In this document: positions 41,275 to 54,207 of the stretch, piece by piece
How the letters are laid out: each line of letters begins with the position of its first letter
Numbering within the stretch: the first letter of the stretch is position 1
NCBI GenBank assembly: GCA_951406725.2
Contig: OX597835.1
Coordinates: 22,444,001 to 22,508,000, forward strand
Direction: 5' to 3'
Origin: Octopus vulgaris
Taxonomy: Eukaryota
DNA length: 64,000 nucleotides
Translations under genes and position numbers: made by a program
Notes under the pieces: model-generated
Told to the model about the DNA's origin: nothing
Database searches by the model: none
Seen by the model: only the letters and a program-made list of their open reading frames with translations

Positions 41275-42066
41275 TTAAATATCTAAGTATCTGAGATGAG
41301 ATGTTAATTAAAATATAATTTCCCAGACTAATTAATCCCATCTTTTGAAATGAAACGTTTTACAATGTTCTCGTGTCTTTTACCTTTTACATATTTCACT
41401 CACTGGACTGCGGCCATGCTGGGGCACCACATTGAACTGTTTAGTCAAACAAACAAGCCAACAATGGTTGTAAGTGGTAGGGGAGACAAACACACACACA
41501 CACATGGAAATCCTCTTTACAACACACTCACACACACAATGGGCTTCTTTCAGTTTCTGTCAACCAAATCCATACACAAGTATAACCGATGTTGGTGTGT
41601 TTACATCCCCATAACTTAGCAATTCAGCAAAAGATATTAATAGAATAAGTACCATGCTTTAAAAAAAATTACTGGGGTTGGTTCATTCAAGTAAAAGTTC
41701 TTCAAGGTGGTGCCCCAGCATGGCCACAGTCTAATGATTGAAACAAGATAAAACATATAAATTTGTATATATGGATCTGTGTGTGTGTATATATATATAT
41801 ATTGCATTGACTGGCTTCCATGCCAGTGGCACGTAAAATGCACCAACCGATCGTGGACATTGCCAGCCTCCTCCGGCCCCTGTGCCAGAGGCACATAAAA
41901 AGTACCCACTACAGTCACGGAGTGGTTGTCATTAGGAAGGGCATCCAGCTGTAGAAACACTGCCAGATCAGACTGGAGCCTGGTGCAGCCTTCTGGCTTC
42001 CCAGACCCCGGTCGAACCATCCAACCCATGCTAGCATGAAAAACGGACGTTAAACAATGATGATGA

Positions 42067-42118
<52 letters not shown>

Positions 42119-42121
<3 letters not shown>

Positions 42122-42498
42122 CACAAGAGTGGCTGTGTGGTAAGTAGCTTGCTAACCAACCACATGGTTCCGGGTTCAGTCCCACTGCGTGGCATCTTGG
42201 GCAAGTGTCTTCTACTATAGCCCCGGGCCGACCAATGCCTTGTGAGTGGATTTGGTAGACGGAAACTGAAAGAAGCCTGTCGTATATATGTATATATATA
42301 TGTGTGTCTGTGTTTGTCCCCCTAGCATTGCTTGACAACCGATGCTGGTGTGTTTACATCCCCGTCACTTAGCGGTTCAGCAAAAGAGACCGATAGAATA
42401 AGCACTGGGCTTACAAAGAATAAGTCCTGAGGTCGATTTGCTCGACTAAAGGCGGTACTCCAGCATGGCCGCAGTCAAATGACTGAAACAAGTAAAAG
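42119..42498 (+). mobile_element. SINE family A copy
   Basis: Full-length match. Confidence 0.85.
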
Positions 42499-42956
42499 GG
42501 TATATATATATATATATATTATGTATATATATATTATATGTATGTATATATATATCCTCATTTAACATCCGTTGTCCATGCTGGCATGGGTTGGATGGTT
42601 GCATCCAGAGCTGCGGGAAGCTGCACCAGACTCCAGTCTGATTTGGCAGGGTTTCCATGGCAGGGTTTCCATGGCAGGATGCCCTTCCTAATGCCAACCA
42701 CTCTACAGAGTGTGATGGGTGCCTTTATGTGGCACCATATCGACACTTTTACGTATCACAGCACATTCACATGGCACCGCCCACGAGTGCTTTACACTAC
42801 CAGAAAGATCGGTCTTAACACTTCTGCTGTGAATTCTTAGGTCTTCTTGGGTACGCCAAGGCACCAAGCATCACGGTCCTTTCTCATCCCGCCCACAGAC
42901 ACACACACACACATACATTCAACTGCTCCATACTGATACCATTATCTTACTTCCAG

Positions 42957-43050
42957 AGACTTCGACATGGAAGATGAGCTCAGCTCAGATTTCACCTTAC
43001 TTGGTGAGACAGGGTTAGGTGTGATGGAGAACCTCAGTTTAAGACTTAAA
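42957..43050 (+). CDS. BECN1: Beclin-1 coding exon 4
   Basis: DFTLLGE..MENLSLRLK; ccag| and |gtaaga. Confidence 0.9.
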
Positions 43051-43664
43051 GTAAGATATCTTTACTTTTATCTCACGTACAACTCTCTCTCTGTCTCTCT
43101 CTCTCTCTCTCTTTCTTTCTCTTCTTCAGCCTCACTTTAAGATTTAAAGATGTTCTTTCTCTGTCTCATGTCTTGCTCTCTTTCCTTCAACAACATTACT
43201 TTATAACATACCTACTCTATCTTCACTCTCTCTTTCACCCTTCTCTTCTCCCTCCCTTCTCTTTTCTTTCTCATTTCTCTTCTCTCTCTTCTCATTCTCC
43301 TCTTCGCTCTCCTATTCTCTCTCTCACCCTTCTCTTCGCTCTTCTCCTCCTCTTTCCCATTCTCTCTCTCCCTTCCTTCTCTCTCTCTCCCATTCTCTCT
43401 CTTCCCCCTCCTCTCTCTCCTCTTTCCCATTCTCTCTCTCCTTCTCTCTCTCCCATTCTTTCTCTCTCTCCCTTATCTTCTCTCTCTTCTCTCTTCCCCT
43501 CCTCTCTCTTGATATATATGTGTTAATATGTATCTCTGTTCCTACAACTTTATGACAAACGAACTCTATTGTTACTCTCTCTCTTTCTCTCCCTCTCTCG
43601 CCACTCTCCACTCTCTCTCTCTCTCTCCTCACTAACCACCACAGTGTTTTCTTCTCCATTACAG

Positions 43665-43727
43665 GCCACAGGATATCTTTTTGACATCATGTCTGGTCAG
43701 TCCGAAGTGGACCACCCCCTCTGTGAG
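43665..43727 (+). CDS. BECN1: Beclin-1 coding exon 5
   Basis: ATGYLFDIMSGQSEVDHPLCE. Confidence 0.93.
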
Positions 43728-44950
43728 GTAACGACTTTTTTTTCCTCTTGTTCTCTTGTCTTAGATCTTTCATGAAAACCAGTAAACTTAATAACTGGAC
43801 ACATTCAGTCGAGAATTCAAATTAGGACATAGGGTCGTCTACTTCACCCCTTCGGACATTAGCTGAATAACTGGATATATACGACCTGGCCAAAATAGAA
43901 ATTAACAGACAGAATTTTAATTCTTTCAACTTTGAAATTTCTAGTTGATAACTTTGAATTGTTTTTGTAAACAGAAACCCATGTTGATGACACCTAATAC
44001 ACTCTGTAGAGTGGTTAACATCCAACCATAGAAACCAAACCAGAATAGACTGGAGCCTAGTGCAGCTCTCCAGCTTACCAACTCTAGTCAAACGTTTAAC
44101 CCAGTAATTCTCAATCAGGACCCATATAAGCAAATTGGAGTTCCACAATAGGGTTTTAAGGAGCCCCTGAAAAATGTTTGCTTTAAATGCCAGTATTGGT
44201 ATGTATTGCAAGAAACAGCTGGGTTTCTTTCTCTAACATTTTACATAGTACAACCTAAACAAGGGAATGTGTGGGAAGCAAAATAGGAATTTTGAAAGAA
44301 GTCTCTAAAATTAGAGGGTCCACCAGAATGAAATAGTAATCAAAAGGGGTCCGTGCAAGCAAAATAGTAAATTGGAGATCAATGATAGTATTTTAAGGGG
44401 CCCTGAAAAAATTTTGTTTTAGATATATGTATTGTAAGAAACAGCTAGGCTTCTTTCTCTAACATTTTACATTGTTCATCCTACACAAGTTAATGTGTGG
44501 AGAGCAAAAACATGGATTTTGAAAGAAGTCTCTATAAAATTAGAGGGTCCACCAGAATGAAATAATAATCAAAGGGGTCCATGCAAGTAAAATAATAAAT
44601 TGGAGATCAATGGTAGTATTTTAAGGGGCCCTGACTCTGTAGACCAATTCTCGCATAGAAGAGCCAATGGCATTGACTGAATGGCAATGTTGGTGGAAGA
44701 CAAGATTGGTTTTGGTCGAGGCTTTTTCTCTTGTTGTTTGAGTTCTTCCTTTTCTCTTTTGGTGGCTTCGAAGTTTTTGGTTCCGATGGTGATAGAACAC
44801 CACCACTTGGTAGTTTCAGGTTTGTGTTTCAAATGATTTAGGTTCAATTCCAGTGGCTTTCTGTGTTGTATTCATCTTGTCAAATCAGAAAGAATTGTTT
44901 TATTTTTATTTTTTCTAAATTTCTTCTTTATTTTTTTTTCCATTCTTCAG

Positions 44951-45024
44951 GAATGTACAGACACACTTCTTGACCAACTTGATCGTCAACTCTATTTTAC
45001 AGAGGAGGAATGTAAACAATACAA
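44951..45024 (+). CDS. BECN1: Beclin-1 coding exon 6
   Basis: ECTDTLLDQLDRQL..EECKQY. Confidence 0.93.
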
Positions 45025-45377
45025 GTAAGTCCATCTGATCGTTTCTATCACTGATGTAGTTTTATCACATGATGTCTAGACAAAGGTAGACGCACACATA
45101 CACATACACACACACATACACACACACACTATCTCTCACACATACATTCACACACATGACAAGCTTCATTCAGTTTCCATCTACCAAATCCACCTATTAG
45201 GCTTTGGTCAACCTGGGGCTATAATAGAAGACATACCCAAGGTGCCATGCCGTGGTACTGAACCTGAGACCATATGGTTGAATAGCAAGCTTTTTTAACC
45301 CCATAGCCTTACCTACATCAAAAATGCAAAAGAAACTTGACACACGAGCAGTGGTCAGACAGTGACCTGGAGAGATT

Positions 45378-45780
45378 ACTCTTTTACTTGTTTCAGTCAG
45401 TTGACTGCGGCCATGCTGGAGCACCGCATTTAGTCGAGCAACTCGACCCCAGGACTTATTCTTTGTAAGCCCAGTACTTATTCTATCGGTCTCTTTTGCC
45501 GAACTGCTAAGTGACGGGGACATAAACACACCAGCATCGGTTGTCAAGCAAAGCTAGGGAACAAACACAGACACACAAACATACACGCACATATATATAT
45601 ATATATATATATATATACGACGGGCTTCTTTCAGTTTCCGTCTACCAAATCCACTCACAAGGCTTTGGTCGGCCCGAGGCTATAGTAGAAGGCACTTGCC
45701 CAAGGTGCCACGCAGTAGGATTGAACCCGGAACCATGTGGTTGGTAGGCAAGCTACTTACCACACAGCCACTCCTGCGCC
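45378..45780 (-). mobile_element. SINE family A copy
   Basis: Full-length reverse-complement match. Confidence 0.85.
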
Positions 45781-46429
45781 TATAGTCCAGGTTCAGACCT
45801 GGCTGCGTGGTTTTATAGATTGTTTTTTTTTCACTCTTATCATATGACTGAAGTGGAGATAGGTCAGTGAGAGACCAATGCTATCCAACTATATACTCCT
45901 CCACAATCTGTGGTCTTACCATCATCATCATTTAACCTTTAGTGCACTTAGGTGCATCATGCTGCTATATGCGTTTTCTCTCCTGAAGCTGCAGGTGCAC
46001 TGTATTGCATTGAGAGGGGAGATATCTCATATGACAATATGATGCACCTACAGCATGTTAAAGTTCAATGTCCACATTCCATGCTAGCATGGGTTGGGCT
46101 GTTTGACCATGTTGTTGGGAATCAAACTTCTTGCCATGCAGCCACTCCTGCACCCCATGTTAAATTTTTAAAAATCTATATCTGTTTCTTTATTACCCAC
46201 AAGGGGCTAAACATAGAGGGGACAAACAAGGACAGACAAACGGATTAAGTCGATTACATCGACCCCAGTGCATAACTGGTACTTAATTTATCGACCTCGA
46301 AAGGATGAAAGGCAAAGTCGACCTCGGCAGAATTGGAACTCAGAACGTAGCTGCAGACAAAATATGGCTACGCATTTTGCCCGGCATACTAATAATTCTG
46401 CCAGCTCACTGCCTTTTAAAAATCTGTAT

Positions 46430-46776
46430 GCCAGCGCCGCCCCGACTGGCTTCTGTGCCGGTGGCACATAAAAAGCACCATCCGAACGTGGCCGTTGCCA
46501 GCGCCGCCTTGGCTGGCTTCCGTGCCAGTGGCACATTAAAAGCTCCAACCGATCGTGGCTCCAACCCCACTAGCACCTGTGCAGGTGGCACATAAAAAGC
46601 ACCCACTACCTTCGCGGAGTGGTTGGCGTTAGGAAGAGCATCCAGCTGTAGAAACTCTGCCAGATCAGACTGGAGCCTGGTGCAGCCCCTGGCTTCCCAG
46701 ACCCCGGTCGAACCGTCTAACCCATGCTAGCATGGAAAGCGGACACTAAACGATGATGATGATGATGATGATGATA
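46430..46776 (+). mobile_element. Retroposon family D 3' part (also ~41810-42070, 51058-51308, 56345-56588)
   Basis: Internal GTGGCAC(G/A)TAAAAAGCACC repeats, GGCGTTAGGAAG(G/A)GCATCCAG, (GAT)n tail, variable 5' truncation. Confidence 0.75.
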
Positions 46777-46966
46777 GTATGAAAGGCAAAGTCGACCTTG
46801 GCGGAATTGGAACTCTGAACGTAGCTGCAGACGAAATACTGCTACACATTTCACCCGGCGTGCTAACGATTCTGCCAACTCACCGCCTTTTAAAAATCTA
46901 TATCACTTAATTGAAGATCTTAGTTACTTCTCCACTGATACCTTTATGTTTGTTTATTTATTTCAG

Positions 46967-47164
46967 AGATTTCCTCTTAAACCTGGACAACGCTGAAGAG
47001 AAGGAGGACCTGGAGACTTTAGACAATGAGCTGAAGCAGCTGGAAAAGGAGGAGATGTTGTTGAGGGAACAACTGGAGAAGGTGGAAACGGAACGTTCGG
47101 AGATGGCGAAGTTGATTGAAAAGGAGAAGGAAACTGCTAAACAACTGGAAGTTGAAGAAGAAAA
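46967..47164 (+). CDS. BECN1: Beclin-1 coding exon 7 (coiled coil)
   Basis: ELKQLEKEEMLLREQLEKVE..LEVEEEK; phase 2-2. Confidence 0.92.
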
Positions 47165-47300
47165 GTATGGAATTGTTGTTGTTTTTTTTCATTGTATTGT
47201 TTGTGTTGCAACGAAATACTTAATTGCAGCAAAAGATATTCTTGACTAACACAGGCAACCATGGAAAATATGAGAAAGTAGTCATTATGACAATGATAGA

Positions 47301-47685
47301 TGCAGGAGTGGCTGTGTGGTAAGTAGCTTGCTAACCAACCACATGGTTCCGGGTTCAGTCCCACTGCGTGACATCTTGGGCAAGTGTCTTCTGCTATAGC
47401 CCCGGGCCGACCAATGCCTTGTGAGTGGATTTGGTAGACAGAAACTGAAAGAAGCCTGTCGTATATATGTATATATATATATGTGTTTGTGTGTCTGTGT
47501 TTGTCCCCCTAGCATTGCTTGACAACCGATGCTGGTGTGTTTACGTCCCCGTCACTTAGCGGTTCGGCAAAAGAGACCGATAGAATAAGTACTGAGCTTA
47601 CAAAGAATAAGTCCCGGGGGTCGATTTGCTCGACTAAAGGCGGTGCTCCAGCATGGCCACAGTCAAATGACTGAAACAAGTAAAA
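47301..47685 (+). mobile_element. SINE family A copy
   Basis: Near full-length match. Confidence 0.85.
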
Positions 47686-47848
47686 AATATATATATATAT
47701 AAATCTGTATATCACTTGTCTCTACTCCTATCACACACACTCTCTTTTACTCCACACACACTCCCTTTTACTCCACTCATACTTTCCTATACTCCAATCA
47801 CACTTTCCTACACCCCACTCACACTTTCCTATACTCCTCTATTTACAG

Positions 47849-47911
47849 ATACTGGCAAGAGTATAACCAATGTAAACGAGATCTTCATCAATTTCAAGAT
47901 GATCAAAGAAG
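47849..47911 (+). CDS. BECN1: Beclin-1 coding exon 8
   Basis: YWQEYNQCKRDLHQFQDDQR. Confidence 0.9.
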
Positions 47912-48030
47912 GTGAGTTGATTGGTTGTTTGGATTTGACTAATGGAACTACACGCACAAGACCCAGCAATTCTTTCCATCTAATACAACAGCAGTCAAAC
48001 CCACATCATCTGATTTCCAAATACATTACT

Positions 48031-48634
48031 GGGTTATTCCAGTTAAATTCAACAAGGGTCCATCACGAAGGTTCTTAGATTTTCTTCGAGTTTACACCAT
48101 TCGTTAGTATCCATGATGGGAGTTATTACTGAAGATTTTTCACTTTGTCCTATTTTTGACCCACCTGCCCCTGCTCAACAAAACAGGTTTTTCAGTAAGT
48201 GAATTCATGTCTTCTGTTAAGATTTCAGACCTTGCTGTAAGACTAGAGAACATGGGATGCTCCCTAACTGTTGTTTTAGAATATCCCTCAAAATGTGGAT
48301 TTTTGTCACTTTTGGTTGGCATTTTTTCTCCATTGGCTGAGTTAAAAGAATTGATTTTTAATACCTGAGGGACTTAAGTTAGTGGGGATTAAAGAAACAT
48401 ACTTTCCAATACTTTGCAATAACTGGTCCCTAAATATAAAAAAAAATCCAATATTTCGAAAATTTCAGAAATAGCCCCAAAATTTTAAATGGCCTTAAAA
48501 TCTGACTGGCCATAGCTATGGAGCTGACATTTTCAGGGATTACTTCTCTCATGGATACTAACAAATGATTTAAATCTGAAAAAAATCCAAGATCCTTTGC
48601 AATGAACCCTTGTTGAATTTCACTGGAATGACCC
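48031..48634. mobile_element. MITE with ~50-bp imperfect terminal inverted repeats
   Basis: GGGTTATTCCAGTTAAATTCAACAAGGGT...ACCCTTGTTGAATTTCACTGGAATGACCC. Confidence 0.7.
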
Positions 48635-49989
48635 CCACTTTGTTCTCAGCAGTTTGTGGGAAGTTTATTTTGATACATTGCCATACAAAACCTTTTTTTT
48701 TTTTGTAATTTTTACACTTTGTTTAACCCTGCCTTAGTTATTACTTAGGTAATATTTGCCTCCTAATATAAAATAATATTTATTTCACCTTCTTTCCTTA
48801 TATAATAAGGTGGCAAGCTGGCAGAATCGTTAGCATGCCAGGCAAAATGCTTAGCAGCATTTCGTCAGTCTTTACATTTTCTGAGTTCAAATTCCATTGA
48901 GGTCGACTTTGCCTTCCAATTTTTCAGGCTGCGTAGTCGATAAAAATAAGTACAATTTAAGCACTGGGATCCACGTTATCAATTTCCCCACCCCTCAAAA
49001 TTGCTTGCCTTGTGCCAAATTTTTATTTTTTTAATTTTTACTATGGGAGATAACTCTTTCTATCTGATAGCGTCGAGATGAATATATTCACTGGATGTTG
49101 TTGTGACAGTTGCCGCACTAATACTGAGAACTATTTGAAACATTGTGAACTACTGGCTGTTAGCAAACACACCACCACCACCACCACCCTCATTCTCTCT
49201 CGTCTACTCCTGTATATATCTATGTGTATATGTGACTGTGTTCTCAACCAAACAACTGGTGTTGGTTTGTTTACATTCCTGTAACTTAAGTGGCTTGGCA
49301 TAAGAGACAGACAGAATAAATATCAGGCTGATTAATACACTCCTTTCATAGGAGTTTTGTGTGAAGTCCTTCCAACGAACTACTCCAGCTTGTTAACTCC
49401 CAAATAATGTCCCCGGTTCGAATTCTGGACCAATATTTCTTGAGTAATTACTACCATAGGTGCAGGCATGTCTGCCTGGTAATAAGTTTGCTTCTCAACC
49501 ACATGGTTCCAGGTTCAGCCCCACTGTGTGGCACTTTGGGCAAGTGTCTTCTGCTATAACCCCAAAAGCCTTGTAAGTGGATTTGGTAGGTGGAAACTGA
49601 AAGAAGCCCATCATATACATTTGTGTGTGTGTGTGCACGTGTGTATATATTTGTGTGTATATGTGACTGTGTTCCCAACCAAACAACTGGTGTTGGTTTG
49701 TTTACATTCCTGTAACTTAAGTGGCTTGGCATAAGAGACAGACAGTAGAATAAATATCAGGTTTTTTTTTAAAAAAAAGTCTACTGGGGCAGGGGTAGGG
49801 ATTTATTCTACTAAAATTCTCCAAGACAGTGTTCCAGCATGGCCACCATCCAATGACTGGAGCATGTAAAAGATAGAAAGACAAGATTCACTGGGTCTCT
49901 TTATGCGGCACGTTATGGAATTAGGAACATTAACAGACTTGCTTTGTGGTGATGATGATGATGATGATGGTGGTTTCATACTGATGTTA

Positions 49990-50022
<33 letters not shown>

Positions 50023-50490
50023 AAGCAACAGCAGCTCCTTAGCCAATTCCATTCAAACCCAATACAAATGTCAATATTAGTCCCATGGGTGGGTTTTAAG
50101 GACTGGTATCATGTCACTGAGCAGTTAAATTCTACTTCCTGCCCACATGAACAGGTAACCAATGTCTCCATCACCGGTACCATTCCCACATGATATGTTA
50201 CCGATTCTCCTTGGTGCCAATTCTTCTCGGGACTGGTCTGGGTCTAATGTGATGTAATGTTGTGTTCACTCACAGAACACGCAGAAATACTAGCAACAGC
50301 TGTGCACTAGATTTGAACTTACAACCTGCAAGCAAGCAACTCAATACCCTACCCACCTGATCACTTCCTACCAGATACTTCTATACGCCTTTGTGGTGGT
50401 TGGGGTGCAGGGTTTCAAATCTTGAATACAGTTATATGCTGGGTCAAGTAAGAGTAGCAGCCTTAAATGGGCACTGGTATGGTAACTTTT

Positions 50491-50824
50491 GTTTCCATAG
50501 CAACACTAAAGGCTCACGTGTTGGATTGTTACTATATAGCAACACTGGCCACTCAATGTTTAAATAGTTACCATAGTAACACTCACCAGTCACTTTGTAT
50601 TGTTACCATAGCAACACTGACATTCACTGTTTATACAGCTCTCATTGCAACACTGATCACTCACTGTTTTTATAGTTCCCATAGCAACACGGATCAATCA
50701 CTATTTATATAGTTCCCATAGCAACACGGATCATTCGCTGCTTATACACCTACTATATCAACACTAAACACTGATCATGTAGTTACTATAGCAACACTTA
50801 CAGACTTATTACCATAGTAACACT
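50491..50824. repeat. Degenerate ~35-bp minisatellite with a GTTNCCATAGCAAC core, ~10 copies
   Basis: Direct reading. Confidence 0.85.
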
Positions 50825-50856
50825 GATGTAATTGCTGTCTTTTATCACCCCCACAG

Positions 50857-50940
50857 TGTCACCTTACAGCTGCAGTATGCCCAGAGTCAACTAGAGAAAC
50901 TGACCAAAATCAATGTCTTCAATGCTACATTCCATATATG
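50857..50940 (+). CDS. BECN1: Beclin-1 coding exon 9
   Basis: [25 protein letters not shown]. Confidence 0.93.
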
Positions 50941-52089
50941 GTAAGTGAAAGGTCTATTGGTCTGTTGTTGTTGTTTATCATTTTAGACACCCAAACTCTT
51001 GCCCCTGGTACACTGTACTACTCACCACCCTAAATACATGTGTCATGCCAAATAACCCTGGCACGTTAAAAGCTCCAACCGATCGTGACCGATGCCGGAC
51101 CCCCCCCCCCGGCACCTGTGCAGGTGGCACGTAAAAAGCACCCACTACACTCGCGGAGTGGTTGGCGTTAGGAAGGGCATCCAGCCATAGAAACTCTGCC
51201 AGATCAGACTGGAGCCTGGAGCAGACCCTGGCTTCCCAGACCCCGGTCGAACCGTCCAACCCGTACTAGCGCGGAAAACGGACGTTAAACGATGATGATG
51301 ATGATGATCAAAACTCTTTGAGTTGGTTTAGTAGATGGAATCTGAAAGGAGGCTGCCAAGTGCCTCTCTGTGTGGGTGTGTGTGTATGTGTATCTCCTTG
51401 TCTTGACATCACATGATAGTTGTAAAACAAACATCCCCATCATCAGGTGGTGTCCTTCATTTCTGGTCATTCAGGAAAACCTGTTCGATCATGAGAAGGA
51501 AATGAGTTGGGGTTGGTGACGTCTACTTTTCAATGTTTGCATTGGGTCAGATGGATTTATTGAAACAGATTTTCCTGCAGCTGGATGCCCTTCCTGTCAC
51601 CAACCATTACTTGTTTCCAAGCCAGCTAAAATTTCCACATGACCAGACATGTTTTCATAGAGTACTGGAAATGACAGTGACCCTAATTTACAACTTTCAT
51701 GCAATGTCAACACAAAGAGACATACATACATATATAGCCTTGTGAGTGAATTTGGTAGACAGAAACTGGAAGAAGCCCAATATGCCTGCATGGAAAATGG
51801 ACATTAAATGTTGATGATGTGTGTGTATATGTATATATATACACACACATCATTGTTCAATGTCATTTTGTTTAAGTCTTCTTATAATATATTAATTTCA
51901 GACAAAACCCTATTTAATAACCCTCACCTTTTTAATCTTATAATCTTATCCCTTATCATAATCTGTGACCCATAACTGAATAACAACTACCTATGTATAC
52001 TGAACCCAGTAAGCCATCATACAAAAATGTCAAAATAAAAACTTCTTCATGGCCTCTTCCCTTTTATTTTCATCCTTTTTCTTTTACAG

Positions 52090-52150
52090 GCACAATGGTC
52101 AGTTTGTGACAATAAACAACTTCAGGTTAGGTCGTCTTCCAAGTGCTCAG
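52090..52150 (+). CDS. BECN1: Beclin-1 coding exon 10
   Basis: HNGQFVTINNFRLGRLPS. Confidence 0.93.
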
Positions 52151-53255
52151 GTTAGTCCAACCATATCTATGTATCGTGTCCATTGCTCTGTCTAACCCTT
52201 TTGTTACCATGTTAAGAGGCACAAGCACTTTCACTCACACAAACACATACACACACAACGGGAACCTCCGCCTCCCAAATTCAATCTCAAGGCTTCAGTT
52301 GGCCCAAGCCACACAGTGGAACTGAAGCCAGAGCCATATAGTCGTGCATTTGCCTGCATCTTGCCCACATCTCATCAATGGCACTTCTTTACCCAACTTC
52401 CATCTGTCATCCTCATCACATGTCCATACCAGCACCATCCATCTTCTCTCTCTTGCACACCACATCTTATCTGCCTCTTTTAACCTGTTTTTCTCTCAGC
52501 TCATCTCAGCTTCACTGTTCATCCACATCAACATTACACATCCAGCGAAGGAGCGTGGCTTAGTAGTTAAGGTATTCAGCACACAATTGTAAGGTTGTGA
52601 GTTCAGTTCCCAGTGGTGCATTGTGTCCTTGAGCAAGACACTTTATTTCACGTTGCTCCAGTCCACTCAGCTACCAAAAATGAATTGTACCTATTTTTTT
52701 ACTACCCACAAGGGGCTAAACACAGAGAGGACAAACAAGGACAGACAAACGGATTAAGTCGATTACATCGACCCCAGTGTGCAACTGGTACTTAATTTAT
52801 CGACCCCCGAAAGGATGTAAGGCAAAGTCGACCTCGGTGGAATTTGAACTCAGAACGTAACAGCAGATGAAATACGGCTACGCATTTCACCAGCGTGCTT
52901 AACGTTTCTGCCAGCTCGCCGCCAAAAATGAATTGTACCTATCTTTCAAAAGGGCCAGCCTTGTCACATTTGCCATGTCACACTGAATCTCTCTGAGAAC
53001 TACATTGAGGGTACACGTGTCTCTGGAGTACTCAGCCACTTACACATTAATTTCACAAGCAGGCTGCTCCGTTAATCAAATCAGCTGGAAGCCTCATCCC
53101 CATCATCATAACTGATGGAATGCCATTTGCAACACATCCAACAGAACATTCTCAATCCAGCCATCTCACTTTCTCCATATTCAACATCTGTATCTCATTA
53201 TCATCATCCTGCATCACACTTTCTTATATAAACGTTGTTTCCTTACCAAATATAG

Positions 53256-53344
53256 GTTGATTGGAATGAAATAAATGCTGCCTGGGGCCAGACTGTTCTC
53301 CTCCTCCATGCTTTGGCCAAAAAGATGAACCTTAAATTTACAAA
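53256..53344 (+). CDS. BECN1: Beclin-1 coding exon 11
   Basis: [21 protein letters not shown]. Confidence 0.95.
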
Positions 53345-53496
53345 GTAAGGTTTTATTGTTTTTTATTTTATTCTCTAACTGATGTACTCTCCGACTTTAA
53401 TCAGGTAACCTAGGGGAATTTCGAACCTGTGTTCTCATTCCTATTACTATTATGTGTAAATAATGCACATAATTCCTTATCTCTCAAATATAGAAC

Positions 53497-53527
<31 letters not shown>

Positions 53528-53624
53528 ATGATGATGATATATATATATATATATATATATGATGATGATGATGATATATATATATATATATATGATGATG
53601 ATATATATATATATATGATGATGA

Positions 53625-53663
<39 letters not shown>

Positions 53664-53869
53664 ATCCAAACATGAAAACACAAAGAGAAAACGCAGGGAC
53701 GTGGAACAAATATAGTATTATTGGACGCTCAGGAAGGAAGGGAAGAAGGAGGGTTTTATGTTTCGAGCGGAGCTCTTCGTCAGAAACATAGGAAAAGGAA
53801 AGATCCAGAGAAGGGAAGACGGAGGGAAAAAAATCACCAACGGTACACACGCGGTCACATTTTGAAATC

Positions 53870-53912
<43 letters not shown>

Positions 53913-54084
53913 GAAGGGCATCCAGGTGTAGAAACATTGCCAGATTAGATTGGAGCCTGGTGCAGCCGCTGACTTTCCAGCAAACTGTCCAACCCATGCT
54001 AGCATAGAAAACAGATGATGATAATGATATATATTTGAGTGAGAGAGAGATTTGTCTATGCTATCACTCTAACACTACATATAA

Positions 54085-54207
<123 letters not shown>

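Noticed and set aside
44100-44635. ~230-bp tandem duplication in a Beclin-1 intron as a novel element
   Set aside because: Starts with a CAGT(A/G)(A/G)TTCTCAA hAT-like end; most likely a locally duplicated MITE remnant.
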